A DNA stretch of 64,000 bases from Pseudomonadota bacterium (GTDB lineage: Bacteria; Pseudomonadota; Alphaproteobacteria; RF32; CAG-239): contig CAKJXZ020000001.1 in the NCBI GenBank assembly GCA_918234285.1, positions 1-64,000 on the forward strand, written 5' to 3'. Shown here one piece after another: positions 28,935 to 36,729 of this stretch. Positions within the stretch are counted from its first letter, which is position 1, and the number at the start of each line of letters is the position of its first letter. The notes below the pieces were generated by a model, which ran no database searches, was not told the origin of the DNA, and saw only the letters and a program-made list of their open reading frames with translations. A program made the position numbers and the translations under genes.

Positions 28935-29516
28935 TTAGGCTTTTGCCGGTTCGGCATTTTCAAAATTCAAAAATCCGAGTGCGGTCAAGCAATAACCGAA
29001 GTGCTGAGTTATATTGATGTAGTTATGCCACATCTGAAACTCGCTATGTTTCTCCACACCGCGAATATCCAGTTCGTGTTGCAACGATTTATTGAGCCAC
29101 ATTTCGGCATGACCGCGAGCAATGTCATCATCAATATGCGTATCAAAATATTCCACATATTCGGCCGCCCAGCCACCGATTAACTCGCCGTCGGAATTCT
29201 TGCCCCAACAAATACCGACGCCGGTAGCAATTGCTTTATGGTCGTCGTGACAAGCGCCGTTACCGGCCATAATCACTTCCAAAACCGCACCGTGCTTAAA
29301 CTGATTCACCACGCGGTCGACCGGCACAATATTGCCGTAAATTTCTTTAGGCAAAACCGAGGTATAAGGAATAACGTTGAAGTTTTCAATGCGAGCCTGC
29401 ATTAAGGCCGAATCGTAGCAAAATGTTTCAAACGGTTGCGGCGGAATACCGTCGTTGGCCTCGCCGGCACCGCCGGTAATAAACGCTAAAGTCGGATAAC
29501 GAACTCCATAAGTCAT
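28935..29516 (-). CDS. aaxB: pyruvoyl-dependent arginine decarboxylase
   Basis: [34 protein letters not shown] self-cleavage site, [18 protein letters not shown]; closely resembles chlamydial AaxB. Confidence 0.9.
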   Translation of the reverse strand: MTYGVRYPTLAFITGGAGEANDGIPPQPFETFCYDSALMQARIENFNVIPYTSVLPKEIYGNIVPVDRVVNQFKHGAVLEVIMAGNGACHDDHKAIATGVGICWGKNSDGELIGGWAAEYVEYFDTHIDDDIARGHAEMWLNKSLQHELDIRGVEKHSEFQMWHNYINITQHFGYCLTALGFLNFENAEPAKA

Positions 29517-29589
29517 CTTTTTCTCCTTTCTGGTTAAAACAATGTTATACGCCAGATGACTTATGTCGTTTCAGGCGGCTTTCAATATA
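29507..29589 (-). promoter_or_regulatory. aaxB leader with a start-codon-sequestering helix
   Basis: Perfect 12-bp inverted repeat 29507-29518/29554-29565, one arm covering the ATG; TATATT -10 at 29584-29589. Confidence 0.5.
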
Positions 29590-29623
29590 GCCTTTGGATG
29601 AGATAACCGATAAATCGGCGGTT

Positions 29624-30040
29624 TTATTTTTTCAGTTCGGTGCGAATCGCGGTTGTGGAACGCACCGGCAACAAATCTTTCGGGATACGGTTGCTCACGA
29701 TGTAGCGCACACCCAAACCTTCAATAAATTCTCGTTTTTCGGCGCTATCACCATCGGAATTCACAAAGAAAATATCCGGTTTAATCCGCTTGATTTCCTC
29801 GGCGAAATCCAATTTACCGGAACCACGCGCCACAAACGCCTGATGCACAAATTTTATGGACGACACCATATACAAACGCTCGTCTTCGTTATACAGTGTC
29901 GGGCGATGTTTAAGTTCTTCCACGGTTTTATCAGAGCCGATGGAAACATACAAATCGCCGTATTGCGCCGCCTCTTCAAAAAAGCGAATATGTCCGCTGT
30001 GCAACACATCAAAACAACCCGATACAAACACCTTTGTCAT
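29624..30040 (-). CDS. HIGH-motif cytidylyltransferase (TagD/RfaE-II-like)
   Basis: SGCFDVLHSGH, ER motif, RSTT C-terminal motif. Confidence 0.88.
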   Translation of the reverse strand: MTKVFVSGCFDVLHSGHIRFFEEAAQYGDLYVSIGSDKTVEELKHRPTLYNEDERLYMVSSIKFVHQAFVARGSGKLDFAEEIKRIKPDIFFVNSDGDSAEKREFIEGLGVRYIVSNRIPKDLLPVRSTTAIRTELKK

Positions 30041-30041
30041 A

Positions 30042-30992
30042 TTATTTTTCCTCTATCGATAACAACGGAATAAAGCCGAAGAGACGGTATACTTCTTCTT
30101 TCTTTGTGTTATCATACTGTTCCATAAATAGATTTATACTTTTCTCATATTGAATTTGTTCCCGAGGACTGAATTGATGTTTTAATCTGTTATATGTGCC
30201 TATAAGATTATTAATATAAATCCTATTGTATTGTTTTTTAATTTCGGAAGAAACCGACAGTCCTTCTACCAAATTAATCACTTTTTCACATATTTGCAAA
30301 TAATCAGAAAAATGTTTACTCCAATTCTGTGTGGTAGATGTTGAATGCACTCGTCTAAAATATAACGTTTCTTTGCAAATTCCACAGCGCCGTGCCATCA
30401 AAAAAGCATTCGTAAAAAATACATCGTCCTCAAAATACAAATTTTCCGGAAAAGTAATATTATTTTTTTGTAAAAATTCATGTTTATAGAAAGTCAAACA
30501 AGCAGAGACCGCCACTTTATCTATAAACTTAGTGCACTGTTTATAATTGAAACATTTTGTATCGAAATCTTCTGGTAAATATTTGAATTGGTAATATGGA
30601 TTTTCTTGCAACTTTCTATTGAAATCTATGAAATTAATACCGCTGAAAGATAACATATCCAAATTATTTTCAAAAGCCCGTTTATATAAAATTTGTAAGG
30701 TATCTTCACGCCAATAATCGTCGGAATCCAAAAAGGCAATATACTCGCCAGTTGCTACCTTCATTCCATTATTCCTTGCCGCACCCTGTTTTAAATTCGA
30801 TTGTGTAATTATTTTTATGCGTTTATCTTTTTTAGCATATTGCTTTAATATTTTTAATGAGCCGTCGGTCGAGCCATCATCGACACAAATTATTTCAACA
30901 TCTTTGAGTTTTTGATTAATAACACTGTTCAAACATTCATGAATATATTTTTCTGTGTTATAAACCGGAATAACCACACTAACTTTAGGCAT
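30042..30992 (-). CDS. GT2 glycosyltransferase with C-terminal LFGFIPLLSIEE tag
   Basis: VSVVIPVYN, DDGSTD, FLDSDD and YFED motifs. Confidence 0.9.
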   Translation of the reverse strand: MPKVSVVIPVYNTEKYIHECLNSVINQKLKDVEIICVDDGSTDGSLKILKQYAKKDKRIKIITQSNLKQGAARNNGMKVATGEYIAFLDSDDYWREDTLQILYKRAFENNLDMLSFSGINFIDFNRKLQENPYYQFKYLPEDFDTKCFNYKQCTKFIDKVAVSACLTFYKHEFLQKNNITFPENLYFEDDVFFTNAFLMARRCGICKETLYFRRVHSTSTTQNWSKHFSDYLQICEKVINLVEGLSVSSEIKKQYNRIYINNLIGTYNRLKHQFSPREQIQYEKSINLFMEQYDNTKKEEVYRLFGFIPLLSIEEK

Positions 30993-30993
30993 T

Positions 30994-31728
30994 TTATTGC
31001 TCCTCTATTGATAGTAACGGAATAAAACCGAATAGATGCCAACGTTGTTTCATCGTATAATAATTACTTTTCACAATTTGTTTTTCGTACAAATGTTTGG
31101 CGTTCATATTTGATCCAACACCACCACGCCAAAAGTCAGCAACAATCATCTTCAGCGGCTCAAATTTGCAATTGTTTTGTGCAAAGACTATCCATTTTTC
31201 CCAATCGCTAACTATGCGATACTCCTCATTATACATTCCGTATTTTTCAAACAGTTCACGCCTGATAAACGATGATTGATGACCGATAACATCGTTATAA
31301 AAATATGCTTTTGATATTTTATCAGGATAAACTCGAAGTTGTATTGTCCCATCGATATTATGTATATTCATACAGCCGTACAGCACATCTGCGTCGTATT
31401 CTTTATTCTTAAATACCTTTTCCAAAACATCGTCTTCCGCAAAACGATCGCCGCCGTTCATAAAATTAAGCCACTTACCTTTGGCCAGTCTAATGCCTTT
31501 GTTCATCGCATTATAAATGCCTTTATCCGGTTCCGAAATCAAAATATTGATACGTTTTTGATATTTTTTGAGCACATCAACCGTGCCGTCGGTGGAGCCG
31601 CCGTCAACCACAATCCACTCAAAGTCTTGCCATTTTTGCTTGACAATGCTCTTACAGGTTCGCTCGATTTCATTTTTTATATTGTAGCAAATTGTTATAA
31701 TGCTCAAAGTCGGTGTTTTCTTTTTCAT
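30994..31728 (-). CDS. GT2 glycosyltransferase (WcaE/WfgS-like) with C-terminal tag
   Basis: SIITICYN, DGGSTDG, DKGIYNAMNKG, NGGD and HQSSF motifs; start placed at ATG 31728 after GAGGA. Confidence 0.9.
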   Translation of the reverse strand: MKKKTPTLSIITICYNIKNEIERTCKSIVKQKWQDFEWIVVDGGSTDGTVDVLKKYQKRINILISEPDKGIYNAMNKGIRLAKGKWLNFMNGGDRFAEDDVLEKVFKNKEYDADVLYGCMNIHNIDGTIQLRVYPDKISKAYFYNDVIGHQSSFIRRELFEKYGMYNEEYRIVSDWEKWIVFAQNNCKFEPLKMIVADFWRGGVGSNMNAKHLYEKQIVKSNYYTMKQRWHLFGFIPLLSIEEQ

Positions 31729-31729
31729 T

Positions 31730-32815
31730 TTACATTTCCTCAATACTCAGTAACGGAATAAAACCGAACAGTTTGTATGTCGACTTGTATCCTTTATATA
31801 TTCTTCTTTTATTTTCATTTATAAGCTTATTTATTTTTAGTCTGTAGTTCTCATCCTCCAATTCTCTCCGGATACTTTTATATAGTTTATCTGTGTAATT
31901 AACCACTTTAACAGAGGCTTCCTGTTCTGACATTGATGAAAAATGCCAACGGGACACCGAATTGATAAGATTCAAGTAACTGTCTAGATATTTAGTACCA
32001 TACTGCGATATTCTATTATATAGTGCAGAAAGCGCTACCATAAAACATTCAGGATCTTTTTCTTTTACTTGGGAAATTGATTGATGAGGCGTATACCTAT
32101 AATGTACTAATACATCGTCTATAAAGGTAATTTTTTTACATATAATCAAATACGACAAAACAAAATATGTATCATTTGAGTGATGAATACTCTGAAATCT
32201 CCGATTATATTTGATAATATTGCTTCTTTTAAAAAGCTTATCCCATGTATATCCGCAACAGATTTGAAAAACATTATCCGCAACATCTTCTGGTGAGAAA
32301 ACTTTCCTACTGGGAATAAGATCTTTTCTCAGTCCCCAAGGCATATCCAAATTTCCCTTTTCTGTTTTCATTTGAGAACGACAAATACATAAATCTGCCT
32401 TTTTCCTTGTAATTTGTTCATATTGTCTTTCCAATAAATCCAACTCAAAAAAGTCGTCGGAGTCCAAAAAACATAAATATTCACCTTTGGCTATGTTTAA
32501 GCCAGCATTACGCGCCACTCCTGCATATAAATTCTTCTGTGTCATGATGGTAAATCGTTTATCACTTCTAGCATATTCCCTCAGAATTTTCAGTGAATTA
32601 TCTGTTGAGCCATCATCTACGCAAATAATTTCTATTTCTTTGAGCGTTTGCTTGACAACACTTTCCAGACACTCCCGTAAATATGGTTCCACATTATAAA
32701 CCGGAATAACCACACTGACTTTCGGAGTATAATCGATTTTGTTTTGCACCAAAATCTCGGCCTGTGTCTCTGGCTCTCCTTCGGCATTTTGAACTGTTAT
32801 CAGATTTTTTTTCAT
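31730..32815 (-). CDS. GT2 glycosyltransferase with C-terminal tag
   Basis: VSVVIPVYN, DDGSTD, FLDSDD and WDKLF motifs; start ATG 32815. Confidence 0.9.
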   Translation of the reverse strand: MKKNLITVQNAEGEPETQAEILVQNKIDYTPKVSVVIPVYNVEPYLRECLESVVKQTLKEIEIICVDDGSTDNSLKILREYARSDKRFTIMTQKNLYAGVARNAGLNIAKGEYLCFLDSDDFFELDLLERQYEQITRKKADLCICRSQMKTEKGNLDMPWGLRKDLIPSRKVFSPEDVADNVFQICCGYTWDKLFKRSNIIKYNRRFQSIHHSNDTYFVLSYLIICKKITFIDDVLVHYRYTPHQSISQVKEKDPECFMVALSALYNRISQYGTKYLDSYLNLINSVSRWHFSSMSEQEASVKVVNYTDKLYKSIRRELEDENYRLKINKLINENKRRIYKGYKSTYKLFGFIPLLSIEEM

Positions 32816-32816
32816 A

Positions 32817-33251
32817 TTACTTATTTCTCCATCTTTCCAAAATCCAGCTGGAAGAATTGGCTTTATTATCTCCGCCGACACCGAATGCTAATTCGACATC
32901 GCATTCGGCACAAACCGGACCTTCCGGAATATTGTCTTTACCTCTGTCACCGCCGTTGGCAAATACCAATTTATCATGCGGATATTTGGCTCTGGCTTTA
33001 CGAATGCCATCAGAAGCAGAATTATCAGTATCATCAAATTCTAAAACATCAATAACCCCTTTTAGGGCCGCCATAATAACTTTACGGGTATCCATCGTAT
33101 AAAAGTTTTTACCCTTTTTGCGGCACAGCCAAGCATCCGAATTTACCAATACTATAACCCCGTCAGAATGTTCTGCGGAATCCAATATCATATTAATATG
33201 ACCTTCATGAAGCGGATCAAAACCGCCGGAAACAATGTAGTATGTTTTCAT
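32817..33251 (-). CDS. HIGH-motif cytidylyltransferase
   Basis: SGGFDPLHEGH, FANGGDR and KANSSSWIL motifs; start ATG 33251. Confidence 0.88.
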   Translation of the reverse strand: MKTYYIVSGGFDPLHEGHINMILDSAEHSDGVIVLVNSDAWLCRKKGKNFYTMDTRKVIMAALKGVIDVLEFDDTDNSASDGIRKARAKYPHDKLVFANGGDRGKDNIPEGPVCAECDVELAFGVGGDNKANSSSWILERWRNK

Positions 33252-33252
33252 A

Positions 33253-34245
33253 TTAAACTTCCTCAATACTGAATAGTGGTAAAATCCCAAAAAGTTTGTA
33301 TTTGCATACATGTTTATTTTGTTTTAGCTTGACTTTTTTTATCGGGGCATTAATCCAATCAATTATTTGCATTTTATTCGCTTCCCACTGACGGAATCCG
33401 TTCTCTATATATTCCGCAACGTTTTTCTGAATCTGTGCAATATTTTTCATTTCGATTTTCTGCGGATTGGAAAAATCATATAAAAAGCCGGTTTTTCCAT
33501 TGACTATATATTCGTTCATCGTCGGATTATTCGGTGCAATCACGCAGCGCCCCTGTGCCATCGCATCCAAAAAGCTCATTCCTATACCCTCTTTCAAGCG
33601 CGGAGCCATATATAGTGCCGATTTCTGCAACACGGTATACATATCCTCTTTTTTATCAAACCAAACCGAGGTGGTTCGCTTTTGCTTGATTGGATAATCG
33701 ACAAAGTTTTGATTCGGATCCATCGCCTGATGTAAATGGACATGAGAAACTTTTGAAACGTCAAACAATTTATCAACCAAAGCTAAATCTATTTCTCGAC
33801 GGCGTTGCCAGAAAAACAGCGATTTCTTTTTACCCCAATCGTTGATTTTACGCGGTTCGGGAAAATACTGAATGTATTTACTGTCAAACCCCATTTTTTG
33901 TAATTGTTCATGTAAATAGCGGCAAAAGCAAATTATGGTTGTTCCCGCATATTCCTGCCAAACCGGAGCTGTAGTTGATGGAATACCATCATACATCGGA
34001 AAGAAAATACTTTTACGAAAAGGGACATGCTTTTTCAACATATCCATACTAGGCATCATTTGCCAACAAACAACCGTATCAAACTTTTCGCCTCTTATTT
34101 CGTCAAGCCATTGTTCCACCGGCTTTATGTAAGGATCAATATAAAATTTTGTAATTTCAAAATGATTTTCAAGCATCTTAACAACGAAGTCGGCAGATTT
34201 TGTTTTTTGATGATACGAGTGCCCGATGAACAAAAGCTTCTTCAT
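33253..34245 (-). CDS. GT-B (GT4-like) glycosyltransferase with C-terminal tag
   Basis: EGIGMSFLDAMAQG, MNEYIVNGKTGFLY. Confidence 0.82.
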   Translation of the reverse strand: MKKLLFIGHSYHQKTKSADFVVKMLENHFEITKFYIDPYIKPVEQWLDEIRGEKFDTVVCWQMMPSMDMLKKHVPFRKSIFFPMYDGIPSTTAPVWQEYAGTTIICFCRYLHEQLQKMGFDSKYIQYFPEPRKINDWGKKKSLFFWQRRREIDLALVDKLFDVSKVSHVHLHQAMDPNQNFVDYPIKQKRTTSVWFDKKEDMYTVLQKSALYMAPRLKEGIGMSFLDAMAQGRCVIAPNNPTMNEYIVNGKTGFLYDFSNPQKIEMKNIAQIQKNVAEYIENGFRQWEANKMQIIDWINAPIKKVKLKQNKHVCKYKLFGILPLFSIEEV

Positions 34246-34259
34246 AAAGTTGCTCCTTA

Positions 34260-34469
34260 CTATACCACTTTTTTGCTGACTTTCATTAACGGAAGACCGA
34301 AGGTATAATATTTGGTCGTGATGTTGTTTTCAAAACGACGAATCGTAAACACCGGTAAGCCCAAAATCTTCCATGTTTTTTTGCCGCCGCGCTGCACCCA
34401 GCCGTATATTGGCAAAATGCAGAACAACTTAATGGTGCGCGAGTGCTTGATTACGTTTTGTTTAGCCAT
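34260..34469 (-). CDS. 69-aa basic protein built from three copies of the glycosyltransferase C-terminal motif
   Basis: AGGAG RBS; first gene of the operon; IKLFCILPIY / WKILGLPVF / YYTFGLPLM repeats. Confidence 0.72.
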   Translation of the reverse strand: MAKQNVIKHSRTIKLFCILPIYGWVQRGGKKTWKILGLPVFTIRRFENNITTKYYTFGLPLMKVSKKVV

Positions 34470-34598
34470 TTTTCTCTCCTATAAAACCACTTTTTTGCAA
34501 CTAAACTTTAATTGCAATTCTTTGTATTGTCAGATAGAGAATCTATATCTTTGCGGATTGTGATTGTCAAGCAAAATTACGTATTTTTAGGTGTATAA

Positions 34599-36725
34599 TC
34601 AGCGATATTTTTTAATGACTTCAATCGCGCGTCTGAAATCCGCATTTTCGGCATAATCTTCAATTTTTACCGGCAATTTGCGCCGCCAATTCGGGTGTTT
34701 ATCGCGGTCCGTTCCCGGCAGATTTTGCAACAACTCCACCCCGAAAATATCTTCAAGTTGTGCCAAATACACTATACTGCACGATGAAGATACATACGCC
34801 TCAACTGCTTCCATAATACCCTGCGGATAACCTTCGCCGTACAGACAATCGCCCTGCCGTGGTTTATCTGCCGGCCATACACCTGCCCAATCCAGTGCCC
34901 CGAGCAAGCGTTTACGTTCATCTTCGCGTCCCTTATATTGATTTTGCCGCTCAACATCATCCAACATTTTCAGATTATACATGGTTTCGATATCATAACC
35001 GAACCAGCGCATCTTGAGCGGCGCCATATCATGGGTACCGACGGAACAAAACGCACTCGACGCAAAATCATACGGTGCCTTAAAATCGCCGTTGCCGTTC
35101 CAACGTTCGGCCCACAATACACTCAGTGAATAAATGCCGCGATTGTGAAGCTTATCGATAAATCCGTCCGGCACATTACCGATGCTTTCACCTACAACCA
35201 TGCACTTATTCAAATAACTTTCCAGTGCCACGATACCGAGCATGTCGTCGAAGTTATAATAAACATAAGTGCCGTCTTCGGAAGCGTCCGGAATAATATA
35301 TAAACGCATCAGACTCATAACGTGGTCAATTCTGAGTGCCCCCGCACCTTGCATCGCCGCCCGCAGAATCTTGATAAACGGCCGATATGTCGCTTCTTTC
35401 AAGCGATACGGATTAAATGCGCCCAAACACCACTTTTGCCCGGTCGGAAAAAATACATCCGGCGGAGCTCCGGCACCGCAGTTTTTAATAAATAAATCGC
35501 TTTCCGCCCACAGCTCGGCGCTGTCTTTGCATAGGCCCACCGGCAAATCGCGATACAGACCGATACTCAGATTATTATCTTTTATGGTGTGATAAACCGC
35601 TCGCAGTTGCTCGTCGGCAACATATTGCAAAAACTTGAAAAACAGTATTTCTTTTTGATGCGACTTCTTAAATTCCGCCACCGCCGGAGAATGCGGATTT
35701 TGCAATTCTTTGGGCCACGCATTCCACCCGCCGTAAACTTTATCTTTTTGCTTCGAATACAGTGCTTGGAAAGTCGCCAGATTAATCAAATCGACACCGG
35801 CTTTTTCACAATATTTTGCAAATTTTTTATATTCTCCGCTCTGAGGTTTGGTAATAAATTCGGCAAAAATCTTTTTGAGGACATTTATCTTCAGATTATA
35901 CACGGTCGTATAATCTATATCCTTGGCAGAACGCGCCTTGGCAAGAGCTTTTTCATCAACGTACTGCGGCTTGTAACCGGCCACCTTTTCTACATCGATA
36001 TAAATCGGATTCAAAAACAACCGACTGATGGACGAATACGGACTGGCATTTTCCGGATAATCATGAAACAACACGTTGAGCGGATTAACCCCGATAACAT
36101 CAGCTCCGACCTGAGCGCACATCAACGCAAAATTTTGCAAATCGGTAAAATCGCCGACTCCCCAATTGCGCGCGCTGGTCAGAGCGTAAAGCTGAATAGC
36201 AAATCCCCACGGCTTTTTGTGTTGCAAAACTTCCGGCACATAACATTTATCGGGAGTTACCGCCAGTACCGAGCGCGATAAGGCTCCGTCCGTTTGCAAT
36301 TCTATATCGTAATATTGCGGTGCCAATTCGGAGGTAATTTCCACTTGCACACGCACATATTCGTTGCGGCCGATTTGTTTGGTCTCGACAATATTTCTGG
36401 TATATTCTATTTGTAGCGGCTTGCCGTTAAGATAAAGATGCAAGCTCAGCGAATCCGCTTTTTCTGCCTTAATCACCGCATCAAAAAATTTTTTCTGCGT
36501 ACGCACCACATAAATCGGTTCCAAAACATATTGCCAACGTCTGTCCTCTATTTTTTGCAACAAATGCTCGCTTTCGCTTTTATCTTTAAGCTTAAAGCCC
36601 AGATAATTTACCATCTTTTGTAACGTTTCATCGTCAACGGTATATATTTTATGGTTCTGTGCCGCATCACTGAAAGTTTTGGCAATGCCGATTTTTGTAA
36701 GTAATGTATCCCAACTGTACGCCAA
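34599..36725 (-). CDS. malQ: 4-alpha-glucanotransferase (amylomaltase, GH77)
   Basis: WGVGDF, ASPYS, GAPPD, LRIDHV, THD and NLPGT motifs. Confidence 0.93.
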   Translation of the reverse strand: MAYSWDTLLTKIGIAKTFSDAAQNHKIYTVDDETLQKMVNYLGFKLKDKSESEHLLQKIEDRRWQYVLEPIYVVRTQKKFFDAVIKAEKADSLSLHLYLNGKPLQIEYTRNIVETKQIGRNEYVRVQVEITSELAPQYYDIELQTDGALSRSVLAVTPDKCYVPEVLQHKKPWGFAIQLYALTSARNWGVGDFTDLQNFALMCAQVGADVIGVNPLNVLFHDYPENASPYSSISRLFLNPIYIDVEKVAGYKPQYVDEKALAKARSAKDIDYTTVYNLKINVLKKIFAEFITKPQSGEYKKFAKYCEKAGVDLINLATFQALYSKQKDKVYGGWNAWPKELQNPHSPAVAEFKKSHQKEILFFKFLQYVADEQLRAVYHTIKDNNLSIGLYRDLPVGLCKDSAELWAESDLFIKNCGAGAPPDVFFPTGQKWCLGAFNPYRLKEATYRPFIKILRAAMQGAGALRIDHVMSLMRLYIIPDASEDGTYVYYNFDDMLGIVALESYLNKCMVVGESIGNVPDGFIDKLHNRGIYSLSVLWAERWNGNGDFKAPYDFASSAFCSVGTHDMAPLKMRWFGYDIETMYNLKMLDDVERQNQYKGREDERKRLLGALDWAGVWPADKPRQGDCLYGEGYPQGIMEAVEAYVSSSCSIVYLAQLEDIFGVELLQNLPGTDRDKHPNWRRKLPVKIEDYAENADFRRAIEVIKKYR

Positions 36726-36729
36726 TTTT

